A DNA stretch of 64,000 nt, taken from Epiperipatus broadwayi (Eukaryota; Animalia; Onychophora). The notes under the pieces were generated by a model, which saw only the letters and a program-made list of their open reading frames with translations, had not been told where the DNA came from and made no database searches. Made by a program: the position numbers and the translations under genes. The DNA is taken from positions 34,968,001 to 35,032,000 of the forward strand of contig JAQFVV010000001.1 in assembly GCA_028023455.1 (NCBI GenBank), given 5' to 3'. The stretch's first letter is position 1. Every line of letters begins with the position of its first letter. This document shows, piece by piece, positions 41,965 through 54,989 of the stretch.

Positions 41965-42348
41965 CTTCAACAGATACGCTTTAAACATGACAGCCAATCA
42001 GATGTAATAATGGCATCACATGAACCTCTCAATTCTCAAACACAAGTCAGAACTATAAGAAAAAGATGGAACCCACCTTCTTCTATGCCTCAATTTATAT
42101 AGAAAGATTTCACATTGTTTATTTATATATAATATTTAGTGAATTAAATGTGAAAGTATTTAAGCTTCACTCTCTTAGTTCAAAATACTTGAGTCTGGCT
42201 TATTTATATATAAATTGATGCATAAAAGGTGGGTACCACCTTCTTCTTATAGTTCTGGCTTGTGTTTGAGAATTGAGACATCCATGTGATGTCATTATTA
42301 TATCTGATTGGCTGTCACATAAGCATGTTTAAAAGGTATCTGTTGAAG
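41965..42348. mobile_element. Foldback/MITE with ~135-bp diverged inverted arms and ~105-bp spacer
   Basis: cttcaacagatac...acagccaatcagat...tctcaattctcaaacacaag.cagaactataaga is mirrored at 42206-42348. Confidence 0.85.
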
Positions 42349-44849
42349 ATAATAAAATTAAAAAAATAAAATTTTCTTTGAATTGTAATGTATTTTAAAT
42401 AGGCCAAAAAAAAAATAAAAAAATAAAAGATTCACTTTAAAAAAATAATCAAAAAACTTTGATAATTTATAAAAGTGTACAAAGTTTTGGGTAAGTCCTA
42501 AATAGAACAAAAAGATCATAATTAAACTTGGAATAACAGACTCATAGTGATAAACAATATATAAACGGGTATATATTTTAATTATTGACTAGAAAAAAAG
42601 AAAAAAAAACCTTCATGAGTCGAAGAGAAAAAAACGTTTTTTAAAAAATGTTTTCAAAATGTATCACCAGCATCCTAGATATTTTATATTTTTTAAACAT
42701 TATTAAACATCACAATCCAGTTAAAAAAATATATTTTCAGCATTATTATTAAAACTCTATTGGTTGACTGTTAGTACTACCAACTAATTTTTCAGTGATA
42801 TGTATATATTAAATAAAAGTGAAAAGCGAAATAAGTAAAAAGACTTTTTAAGAATTTTAATTTCTTTTAGAATCAATATTTAAATGTTCATGACAGATAA
42901 TAAATTGAAAAAAAAATGATTTAATCAAAGAAAATTAATATTAATTACAAATAACTTCAATAATGTTATATAATTAAAATCTATTTTTCTATCTTTCTCT
43001 GTCTAACGTTCTCTATATAGTATGTATCAGACTTTAAAATAAAGAGTGAAGCATGTTTTTAATTTAATAATTTGAAATTAAAACTTCAGGGGATTTTTTT
43101 TTTTACAATTAATATTTTTCTATCGCAATGAGATCAATGAATTCTCAAGTCATTGAAATTCCAATAAAACAAAAAAAAAAACTTCATTTTTTTTTTTTTT
43201 AAAAAGCTTTATTAAAACTTTAAATTTTTTTTTTTTAATTTGAGAACATGATGAATGATAATAAAGTTATTCAGTTTCAAAGAAAAGAATTATAATTTCC
43301 AAGAGTAATCTAAAAAAAAAAAAAAAACTCAAAAAGAAGTCAAAATCTTTCAAGGATAGATTAAAAACCTATTCTATATGCTACTGGAAAGAATCTAGCT
43401 TGTTTCTTTTTTTTTATGTCAAATGTTTTTAATTTAATCTGTTTGTATATTAGAAAGTAAAGCAAGCTAATGATTTTCCAACCTGACTCAGCACAAGCCT
43501 TTTAGAGAAATGAATAGTTCTCTTACTTCAATTAGGATCAAGAAACCTTGTAAATTTTTTTGATTTTAAATTCAGTCTGTCAAAGGAAGTTTGATACTAA
43601 TTCCAGCACTATTTCCCACCCACTCCCTCTTTCATAAATTATTTATACTTTACATTTCAAAGACCTTTTTTTTTTTTTTCTGGCAAAGAGAAAATTTAAT
43701 TTGACTTTTAAACTGATATCTCATTAATTTAATCAAAAGTAAGTATATATTTTTTTAAAACGAGTCTATATTTTAAAATTGTATATATATATATTTAACT
43801 TCGATAGCAATAAACTTTAAAATAAACGTTTTTGGTAATGTCGTGCAATTTTCGATATAACCCTATCACAATTAAGCTTGTAGGGTTTTTCGCACTTGGA
43901 AAATTAAAAACGATGCTACTTAATCATGTGTTGGTGGTAACTTGAAATTACTTACTAAGCGATAATAAAATTTATTTTAGACATACCACAAACACCAATG
44001 AGTATTTACATTATATATATTTGCGCGTGTGCGCATGTGCATGTACGTAATTTCAATTTTTTTAAATTTTATCAGTCCACCTTTCATTTCAAATTGTATT
44101 ATATTGCAATTATCCATCAGTGTAAAAATTTCGGATCTCTCTTATTATACATGCATTTTATAAACAATCTCCACTCATTAGGAAAGATAGAATTATTAAA
44201 CACCTGAATCTCCGAACTCATGTTAAAAATCCAATATTTTTATACATTACAAATATGATCTGTTTGGTTTTTAAGCTTGAATTTATTAGCAACTAAATGT
44301 AAATCTCTAACAAGCCTTCATTAACATAAATCTCATTCAGGTTGGAACATTTTATTTACATTAGGGAACTACATAGAATGATAATTTATAATCATGATTT
44401 TTTTAAATATGTAATATTTATAAACTGTGTGTGCATATATATGTAAAATCCACCAAATCTTTCGGATTTATGATGCATTTCTCCAATGCTTATTATAAAT
44501 CTTAATCTATCATTCAGTGTAAAATCTTCCAAATCAATATTTTTTACCACATATGTATTTCAATGGAAAATCTGACTTGTCAAAGTAAGCTAGAGATTTG
44601 GAAAATATTTGAACATCCATACAGAGATAATAATGAGACTTTCCTATTTACATGTCTAAATTTACAATTGATTTGATTTTGGAGCTTAAATATAATAACA
44701 ATTAGTTATATACTTATACAGTACATAATCTTCAATATTTAGTATTAATGTTTCACAAGATAATTAATACCCACACTATAACATCTAACGAAACAGAAAA
44801 TTAACATATATAATATTAAACTCTACATATAATCTATTAATAACAGAGC

Positions 44850-47300
44850 ACATATATATCACTGTGTGAAACAGTAAATATACTACAAAATATTAATGGC
44901 TGATGTGTTTAATTACCAAAATTCCAAAACATGCTTAGTTATATACTACTAAATCTTTGATTGAAAATATTATTAAATTAACAATGTATCAAGATCACTT
45001 AATGTTTCTTACCATCTGATTCACTCCATACAATGTTACTTTTCTCAGAGAAATAACTATGCCCAAAATCTTTCTTATCCTAAAAGAAAACAATTGAGAA
45101 TTAGATTTCTAGTTTTTATATTGTCACATATGCTGCTCCAATCACATAAACAAACTAGTTTTAATTTCACCATAACAAATATCTGAATAAATAAGTCCAC
45201 CATATAAAATAGAATACACAATTTAAGGACTGTCAACTGGATTTATTAGTATTATTTGTCAATATATTTAAAGACAGAGGAGACCTATAACCAATATTAA
45301 AATATTTGAACATAAATTTAAATATAATTTAGGAATATAATGTAACAAAATCCATTCCTTATTAATTTTGGTCTCATTAAGTTTCAGTTTAAGCTTTTTA
45401 ATGTAAAACAGCTTTAAGTGTCTGTTTAACAAACTCTCATTGTAACTCATATTTATTAAAATTTTAATACAACCCTCAACATTCTGCTTTATATTTGCCT
45501 CACAGTATAAAAAAGAAAAACAGTTAAATCCTGAAAACTTATACTTTAAAGAAGTGCATCATGAAAAGTGTATCAATCAATCAATCAATCATCGTCAAAC
45601 ATTATCAATCTACTGCAGGATGAAGGTCTCTCCAAGTTCAATCCAACTTTTCCTATCTTTAGCTTCTCTTCTCCACATCACCCCTGCACACTTTCTTATT
45701 TCATCCATCCATCTCACATGTGGTCTCTTTCTGGGTCTTTTACAATCTCTTGGAATCCAGTTTAAAATTTCAATTGTCCAGCTATTACCCTCTCTTCTAG
45801 CTATATGTCCAGCCCAACTCCACTTCAGTCTTAATTTTTTCAATGAGGTCAGTAACACCTGCTTGTTCTCTTATCCATACATTGCATTTTCAATCTCTTC
45901 TTGTTACTCACAACATGCATCTCTCCACACTTCTTTGAGTGGTCTGAAGTCTCTGTATTGCTCTTCTATTAAGTGTCCAAGTCTCAGATCCATAAGTAAG
46001 AACTGGCAAAACACATTTATTAAAAACCTTCCTTTTCAAACACATAAGCATATTTCCTTTTAGTATCAAGTTATTTCTATCAAAAGCACTCCAACCAAGT
46101 TTAATTCTATGATTAATTTCATCCATTATGTTTCCATCTGTATTAATAATCTGACTTAAGGTATTTGTAACTGTTAACTTCTTCTAACTCATCATAATCA
46201 ATCTTTATTTTCATATTTTGAGAAAATCTATTAAACATTACTTTAGTCTTTTTAACATTTATCTTTAGTCCTACTTTCCTACTTTCATCTTATAACTCCT
46301 GCAACATTTCCTGTAACTCTAAAGCATTATTTGCAAAAACAACTACATCATCTGCAAAATCTAAATGACTTAAATAATCTCCATTTACTTTCACCCCTTT
46401 AGCTTCCCATTTTAATCCACAAAATAATTTTTGCAGCACTGCTGTAAAAAGTTTTGGAGATATAGAGTCACCCTGTCTTACACCCTTTTCAATGTTAATA
46501 AATGATCTTATATACTAATAATTTTAATCACATGTAACTTATTCAGATGTGATTATTCCTTGAAATATTTATGGCCTTACATTTAAAAATTTTGTAATCA
46601 TTATATAATCAAACTGATTTAAATATTTTAAACATTTGGTCATTTTTATAGTCAACTGTCCACAGAAAATCTGAATTTTTATTCAAATTTTCAGACATAT
46701 TTTTTGTTAAAGTTTTGGGACTATGTACAAATATATCATTAACCTATTTTTTATATATAATATCACAATTTCTGTTTATCATCAGTTATATGATACAATC
46801 TGCAATATCTAATACTAAGAAATTGCAAACCATTCTATTTACCACTAAACCTAATAGCTAGTTCTTTTTCCATTCAAAAGAATTCATTATTAGCATGTTA
46901 TAAAAACTTGACTTGTCCATTTTAATGCATCAACAATACTGTGATTACTTTTTAACATCAAATTTTATAAAAAGAATGCATTGCTTAAATTAATTATTGA
47001 TTTTAGAGATTGCTCTTATTATAAAGCATCTTAATTAGTGGCTATGGTTACAAAAGATATGGTTTTGGTAAACTTATTGTTAAGTCTGTTTTTGATTTTG
47101 TAAATGTATTAAGTTCTTCTGAAGCAATTGATTACCTATTCTGGTCTTATTTGATGATTGTGAATTATATGGATAAGTAGATTACTTACAATCTATAAAT
47201 ATTATTTAAAAACTTTTACTAAAATATGGTGTAATATAAGTTAAAATTTATTATTGATATATTGAACTGGATAGATCATTTATATTATGGAAGGATTCTT
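44850..47300 (-). mobile_element. Degraded Penelope-like element split by an RTE insertion
   Basis: Minus strand: VNDIFV (RT, ~46740), linker ORF 45268-45450 (..WILLHYIPKL), and ICYGEIKTSL..LEQH (GIY-YIG, ~45130-45190). Confidence 0.6.
45572..46500 (-). mobile_element. 5'-truncated RTE LINE with (ATTG)n tail
   Basis: INIEKGVRQGDSISPKLF, DFADD, EINHRIKLGWSAF, LTYGSETW, KWSWAGHIARR, RPRKRPHVRW; tail tcaatcaatcaatcaatc on the + strand. Confidence 0.92.
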
Positions 47301-49790
47301 TTGAATAAAAAAGAAATTATTTGCAGTTTGTTGTTGTCAGACATGGAAGATTGCATGTTTGTATATGGTCTAAGAACTTTAACAGAAAACATTTTAAATG
47401 TTTAAATAACAATTCAAATTTACAGTCAATGATAGAGTATAAAAATAGACAATGTTAAAAACATTTAGATGTATATCTTTCCAGGAATTGTAACCAAATT
47501 GATTACGAAATTATTGTAAAATCTTTAAATGTAAGAGGATTTATCATAAATTCCTATAAAGTATAAGTTTCAAAATCTAAATGTTTACATACCAACCTTT
47601 TATTTATATAAATTTAAGACAGATAAGAAGCAGAATTAGAAAATTATATGAAATATCTAATAAAAGTGGATTATAATGAAAATTTGTTATACAGTCATTT
47701 AATATTTTATAAAAAAGTCAAATTAAAACATGATGAGATTAAAATCAACAGGAAATAAATTTCATTATCTTATGTTTCTAAATTATATTTAAACTTGAAA
47801 AAAGTTTCCAAAGTATTTTAATAATGACTGGTTTTAGGTCTTCTTTGTTTTTAATTAGATTGATTGATAAATAATGCTAAGGCTAATTCATACTGATAAA
47901 TATCAAATTTTGTATTCTATGGAATGTGAGGGATATTAATTGTTTAGCCATTTTCCATGGTGGAACTAAGACTAATTTAATTTGTCTTTATACTTTAGGC
48001 AACTTAGTAGTCAATATAAAAAAATCTAAACCTATTTTTCAACTTGATTCTATTTTCTTTTGTCATGAGAAAGATTGGGGACATCTTTAAAATCCACAGA
48101 AAATTAGCATTGTATATGTAATTAATCAAATGATGGGGGGGGGGGAATTAAACAAACTCATACACTGTTAATCTGAATAACATTTAATAAGAATTAATAA
48201 GATTTAATGAGATTTATTAATTTCTAATAGAGAATGCTCTGAAATTTTAGTTGTTAAATAACTTTTTTATTTTATTTAAATAATAGTTAATTATCATAAT
48301 TCTGGTGTACTGCACAGAAAGCATATTTGATAGTTAATATTTTATAGTACATTTACTCTGTTTACCACATTGATATACATATGTTTTATTATATATAAGT
48401 TAAAAATATTGGTTTGCTTCTAAGATTAATTACCGTAATAACTGACAATTGTATATATACTCTGATAGAATAGATTTTCTTATATATATGTGTGTGTGTG
48501 TGTGTTTGGGTGTGGGCATTGCACAATAAATTAAATAATATGACTGATAAATATTTTTTACTATTGAAATCTTTCAGATTTGAAGTACACTCCTCTAATA
48601 TCTTTTATACATCTTGAACTAAAATCTTTCACATTAATTTCTCTCACTGTAGCTTGCATTTCACATTAAACTGGTTTGCAGGTAATCTAGAGTTATAAAT
48701 ATTGAAGCATTCATGCTATAAAAATTATATTGGTAATAATTAAAAAATATAAATAAAAAAAATTGTCAATTGTTTTTATATGGATGTTTAGATGTTTAAA
48801 TTTATTTTTTGCTTATGTTCAGAGATTTATGGAGCTAATCACAGATTTATGTTTGTGATAAATGAGTCAATTCCAATAAATTATTTTATTAATTAGGTTA
48901 AAAATAGTTTGTCTAAGACTTTAAGGTATTGGATTAGTTAGAAAATATATCATTTATAATACAAATAATAATAAACATTTCAAGTTTAAAAAGAATTTCA
49001 CCATTATATTGGATATTATTTTAATACCTTTAAGATTTGTGTTTGCTTTAATTTATTTATTAATGGTTTTTGTAGTAGAAACTTACTTTACTTGATGAAC
49101 ATGAATTTTTGGTGAGCTGCTTATATTTTGAGAGAGATTGGTCCAGAAGATTTTATACTGATAGTAATAGTTCATTATTTATAATTAATATTGAAGGATC
49201 ACATGAAAAATAAAAATAAAAAAATGAACTGGTTGCAAATGCTTAGATAACATTCATTATATAATTGATGGCAGGTACAATCCCACCAAAATGTCATATG
49301 ATAATACTGTTAACTATATACTAGTCAAGATTATATATATATATTGTAACGATATATAAATATGTCGTTACATTAATTTAAAATAAAAACTTAAAAGTTC
49401 GCAAATAAAAGTAAAAAACTAAACGCTAAAATTAAAATGTTTGTTAAACGTATATACATTCGCACAGATGCCAAACTTTAAAAAATTTTTTTTTTAAAAA
49501 ACAAATAAATAAGTATTTGAATGTACTTTTTTATAAAAAAAAAGTACAAGATTTAAAAATAAAAACAGGTATTAATTAATTCGTGTAATCTGTAAATGGA
49601 AATGATTGTTTATAAATTGTTTGAAAAGCAAGCTAGCCTTGGACTCTTGTATAATTAAAATGATCTGATGAAAGATAGATAAGAAAATAAAGAGAAATTA
49701 GCTTGACCAATGGAAGCACTAAGCCTTGGCTCGGACCCTAACGAAAGTGATGGATTAGTGACGTTTTGTTGATTGAATCCGTGTGGATAA

Positions 49791-49824
49791 TATAAAAAGG
49801 GAAATACAGTTTTTTCTGACAGTT
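49791..49824 (+). promoter_or_regulatory. Pol II core promoter P2 (TATA + Inr-like)
   Basis: TATAAAAA 49791-49798; ACAGTT 49819-49824 with A+1 at 49821 (30 nt); upstream CCAAT (~49707) and CRE half-site TGACG (~49759); CpG-retaining region. Confidence 0.65.
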
Positions 49825-49946
49825 CCAGTGTTTTGTGTTTGAGAGATATGGTAGGACGCACATACCACACTCTATATATATAAAAAAAATGAAAAGACTG
49901 TGATACCTTGAACCAGCTATCACCATCTCCAGAACATTATCTTCCA

Positions 49947-49993
49947 ATGGAGGCGTCGCGGGAATTAAAAGCAGAAACCTGGACTCTTCTACC
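49947..49993 (+). CDS. Putative coding part of alternative first exon 1b (MEASRELKAETWTLLP, phase 2)
   Basis: ATG 49947, open to donor ACC|gtaagc at 49993/49994, downstream of P2. Confidence 0.5.
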
Positions 49994-50703
49994 GTAAGCT
50001 ATATTGACATGAACTCTAAATTTAAAAATAATTAAGAACTTTCGTTCAAGCTTATGAACTTCTATCTGACTTTTTAAGTTTAAAATCAAATTAATAATGT
50101 TTAATTTTATATGTTTTCCGATTGATAAAAATCATTTCCATTTTTTTTTTTATTGTATAAATTATTTATTGTTTAAATTTTAAATGATGAAATTTAGGTT
50201 GGGTATAGACATGGCATAGATTCGTTAGCGGTTGATTATGTTGAAGTTTTCACATTTGATTAGAATATATAGGTCAATGATGTTAATGCAGGCATCTTAC
50301 GATGAATGCCATAGGGCCTTGTGTATTCCCTTTTGCATTTGATGTTATCGATGATTTTGTATTTTGATCGATTGTGTTTAATTTGGATGTTTTTGACCGT
50401 GGAATCTGTGCAGCTGATCTATACTCAACATTTTAAAAACAAATTTATAAAAATAATCTGTGCGAGCATATTTAAATCTTAAATTTAAGTCGGGCGTGAA
50501 TGGCTATATAGTTTTGTAAAGTTATATTAAGGGAGGGTAATCTTAGGTTATTCATTTCATAGTTGAATTGGTTCAAAGGATTGGATATATTTGTGTAATT
50601 GTAGATGTAGTATGAGATTCGCTATGGACAGGATTATATATATGTGCCACACACCTTCTGTTTGCCTATGGATGGGTTTGTAAGACAGCAAAGGACCGCA
50701 GTC

Positions 50704-50879
50704 CATTCCTATGGAGTTTATGTTTATTGTTCTACTCGCCAACAGATGTAACATTCCTGTTGGTGGAGAGTCAATGTCTTCTCTAATTCTACTTACTGAT
50801 CAGATGTACATTCCTGACAGTATAGTATTTTGTGTTGTCGTATTTTCATGCTACATTGAATACATAAATGTATCAGATG
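50704..50879. promoter_or_regulatory. Candidate enhancer: 3x CATTCC (TEAD-type) and 3x CAGATG (E-box)
   Basis: CATTCC at 50704, 50752, 50809; CAGATG at 50743, 50801, 50874; composite CAGATGT(A)ACATTCCTG occurs twice. Confidence 0.45.
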
Positions 50880-52195
50880 GATTGCCACCGGTTTGATTGC
50901 GAAATTTGTTGCCTAAGGTTAAATCAGGGAAGAATTTTTTTTTTCAAATGCAGATCTATGTAGTCTATTCATCCTCGACTCACTAAATAAATATTAAACT
51001 CATGGTTGTAATTTACTTAAATGTAAAACTAAAGATTAATATAAAAATCTAAAATGGTGAATTTATTCCTCAAAATTTAAATGTTATTTTATATGTGCGT
51101 AAATAAATATTTTTATGTGTTAATTTCTGGCAGTGGCTCTTATTTATTTATATTTAAGATATAAATTAAAATATAGATTTTTATCTCTGCATCTCCACTG
51201 AGCTAGTGACTTGAGCTAACGATCAGAATATTTAAATAAAGTGGAATCTTAACAGCGCGTATCTGCCTACTCTATAAATTTTTCTAGGTTTAAATGCCTA
51301 GATGGTGCCTTGTAGAGCAGATATCATAGTTTGTGGTTAGATTTGATCTTCACTTTCATTTCGATCATTATAATATATATATAAATTAATTGATGTGATT
51401 TAGATTTTTTAGATTCTTCTCCAAGATTGTTACAAATATTGAATTATTGCTCAAGATGTGTAGTAAAAAAAAATTGGTGTGAAAGATTGTACATTAAGTG
51501 ATACTTCAAGCTTAGAAAAGTGTGTCACAAATTGGAAAGATTTGATTACTTGCATATTGAAACAGTTGACCTTAGTTTAAGACTGAGTTTCACTGTTCTA
51601 CCACTTACATCCACATTTGATCCTGTTTTTTTTGTCATATGTATATAAACTATACATATATTTCTGAGAAGCGTCTATAAAAGTTACAAATATAAATTTT
51701 AAATAAAAATTCTTTAATATTTTTGATATTAATGTCATTAGATGCAACTCAGATATATACATATATTAACAGAGCTTTTACATATATAAAAGCGCAAACA
51801 AATATTGTAAATAATTTTGTATTTTTTTTCTTTGATTATATCTTATTTATTTTGTAGTTATTTTTTGTTATAAAATTACATAAAAATTCAAGATGGAAGA
51901 TGCAGTCACCAACTGTTCAAGAATAATTAAAGGGGTGGGAACATTAGTTTGTTTTATGATTAAAAAGAAATTTTTAAATTAAAGTAAAATTTAAAACAAA
52001 GCTAATTGATTTTAGTTAGCTGTTAACATTTTTATCAAATCTATTTCCAATCTGGAAATTGATTTGAATTTATTTTTGGACAGTTATTTAGTGATTGCAT
52101 CTCCACTAACAATAGAGAAAATATTTCTGTAAATTAAGGATTAATTAGAGTTAAGAAGTCTAATTAAAAACATTCTTTGAATACCTCAAAGTTTG

Positions 52196-52230
52196 TATAA
52201 ATAGGGCCAAAAATCTATTGTGTCAGAGTT
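52196..52230 (+). promoter_or_regulatory. Pol II core promoter P3 (TATA + weak Inr)
   Basis: TATAAATA 52196-52203; TCAGAG with A at 52225 (29 nt); CpG-retaining exon follows. Confidence 0.5.
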
Positions 52231-52373
52231 CGGTCAATAGTCATTAACCGACTTCACGTCCATTTGATTTTTTAAAAAAGGGGCTTAAGCCACCTTCCCC
52301 TCCATCTTCTGCTCCACTCTTCGCCATGCATGATGTAGCTCCAACCGCTCAAGAGTGATCGTGCCGTCAAAGA

Positions 52374-52420
52374 ATGCCACCTGCCACAGAAGATTCGTTA
52401 GTATTCCATAGAATCCCAAG
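52374..52420 (+). CDS. Putative coding part of alternative first exon 1c (MPPATEDSLVFHRIP, phase 2)
   Basis: ATG 52374, open to donor AAG|gtaacc at 52420/52421; same length (47 nt) and phase as exon 1b. Confidence 0.5.
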
Positions 52421-53242
52421 GTAACCAGCCCAAAGACATAATTGTATTACCTAATTCTAGCTTATAACTTAAAATTAATGTTTTCTTTATATTAAACCTC
52501 TTTTTAACTTGCTAATCAGCGAGCATGTTAAACTAATTATTTCCTTGGTATCGATTCTCTTCTATCAAATTAATACTGCTATGAAATATTTCATCCAACT
52601 CACACTTTTTATTTTTTTTATAATTTAGTGCGGTTATAATTTATTTTAATGCTATTTTTTTTATTTTTATTTAATATATATTTGTAAATACCAATCAAAC
52701 TTAGTCTTGTGAACTTCTATATCCTGCTGTGGAATAGAAGGGTGGGGGAACTAATGAGTTCTTATTATTTATATCTAAATTGTTCGTAAGATTGAGTTTG
52801 TATTTTAAATGAATACATGCTTTTAAATAAATGTTTTATCATAAATTTATACAAAAATGTATAAGTACTTTGCAATCTCGGGTGGATATTGGTGTTCATT
52901 AATTTAATGAATTTCTTTATTGATCATTATTGTCAAAAGACTGGTGACCTTATTCTATTTTGTTATTTGCACTTTTATGTGCATGAATTTTAGTTTTTTT
53001 TTATATGTTATACAAAATATGATTGATTCAAGAAGGGGGAGCAATGCATACTTCATTAATTATAGTTTTAACTTCTGATTAATGATTCTATCTTACATGG
53101 ATCATTATTTTAACATATCATTACGTATTTGTAAAACTACTTAAGACTTTATATTTAGTCTTTAAATCCAATGTTTTTATAGTCTTATAATAGCATTGCT
53201 GGTATATGTCAAATTATTAATAAGTCACATAGGGCTTTGCTC

Positions 53243-53351
53243 TGATTCACCTGTACCTCATTCCAGGGAATCACGATCATCTTCATTCATCATTCTTCTT
53301 CTCCAAGTATATATTTATATACTGCTTTGATTCGCCTGTACCTCATTCCAG
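53243..53351. repeat. 24-bp direct repeat x2 (tgattc(a/g)cctgtacctcattccag) containing CATTCC
   Basis: Copies at 53243-53266 and 53328-53351, one mismatch. Confidence 0.9.
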
Positions 53352-53391
53352 CATTCAAAGCCTTCTGTCTTTTTTTATTGTTCTATAACAG

Positions 53392-53420
53392 GGGTCTAAG
53401 TTTACCTCTGGAACATGCAG
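53392..53420 (+). CDS. Putative 29-nt micro-exon (GLSLPLEHA, phase 2 to 1)
   Basis: Strong polypyrimidine acceptor ctttttttattgttctataacag| and donor CAG|gttagt; open in the phase delivered by exons 1b and 1c. Confidence 0.5.
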
Positions 53421-54989
53421 GTTAGTGTAGATGAAGCTCTGCATGACTTTTTCATGATCCGGACCCATAGCAACTTCCTACCGACGTTTTTCTTCTTTTG
53501 TTACTGCTCCAGCCTGAAGCTGGCATACCACCTTCAAAGAGAATGTTTTATCGGCCTAAGTTGCCACCCTCTCTCTCATTGACATAATGCTAGCACCACA
53601 ATTTTCTTAATAGTTAGTTTTCTAGCCTGTTTAACAAAATAAAACATAATGATGGGTAATAATGAAACATTTTTCTCTTTTGTAATATTTTTAGTTAGAG
53701 TTTAAATCCAACCTCTCATAAAGCTGCGCTCCCCTTTATTGAAATAAGCCATTCCTGTATTGATAGAGTTTCATGATATTTGACCATTAAATGTGAAATA
53801 AATAATGTTTATAGTCTACTTACTGATCAAAATGTATCCTTATTTTAGTGTTACAAATAAAGTCTATAAATGAAAATAAACTTATGTATGAAATGCCAAG
53901 GACATCCTACTAAAATTGTATAATCAGTGAGACTCTATCATATCTTAATATGTATTATTCTTAATGTATAAATGTTCACCAAAACACCCAGATCCGTTTT
54001 GTAATGTTGAATAAAAAAAAGAACTATTTTAAATATACGTTCAGTATTGTAACTGCCGCACTAAATTAATATCTGTTAAAATAGAATAATTGTATCAAGA
54101 TCATCAAATATTTGTAACCAAAAATAAAGTTTTAAATGTGTGAAGTTGAATATATAAAACCATCTTGAATTTTGTCAAAATAAATATTTATATTTTTAAA
54201 CTTAATTCAGTTGTTTGAATTTCCTTAATAATATTTATATATGCTTTTAACTTATATCTTGGGTTCACTCAATCTCTCATCATCATTATCAGCTGAGTTC
54301 TCATGCAAAATGATGTAGCACTGGGCCAGGATAGAATGAATTTATGTAATATCAGTGTAGGATATTGTCCGTAGGGTTATAGATTTGGGGAATGGGCAAT
54401 AGGTTAGAATTCATGATTGCTTCTGACCTGTCTTTCTCGGGCATGATTGGTTTTGGGGTACTTTTGCTCAGATTCTAAATCTTGTTGAATGGACATACAT
54501 TTTTGACCAATACAATTCATATACCATGCTCACAGTGTGGAAGCTGAGCAGTCTAGATTATGTGTATATGTTTATATATTTAAAGCTTATATAGGAAAAG
54601 AAGAAATAAATACAGATAAGAGCTATTTATATAAATATTAAAATAAAGTCTAGAATAACTTAAATATGGATTAAATAGTTGATAATATAATGATGTTTAA
54701 AATAATATTATTGATCTGAAATTAAATCTGAATTTATAATATAGCAAAAGAAATAACATTTTTAAAATAAACAAGAGTGTTATTTTAAAATGGACATGTA
54801 ATCATGAAAGATAATTCAGTCTGTTTTATATTTTAAAAAAGATTTTTAAAAAATTAAATTAAAAAATTATTTTAAGTCTGGTGTTTTAATGAAGATGATA
54901 TAATGAAAAACACTGTATTACAATTATCTCACTATTTTTATTAATTAAGAAAGAAAAATGCTTAACTCTAATTTTTCTGCTTATCAATT

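Noticed and set aside
43800-44800. Minus-strand frames resembling a DEG/ENaC channel pseudogene or an 'EWRLF' transposase
   Set aside because: Many stops and only 4-6 residue matches; the region abuts the 3' end of a PLE. Not supportable without a profile search.
45554-46063. 169-aa + strand ORF
   Set aside because: Antisense shadow of the minus-strand RTE.
50711-50896. 61-aa ORF as exon 2 in frame with exon 1b
   Set aside because: No convincing donor; better explained as a motif cluster. Cannot be excluded as a terminal exon.
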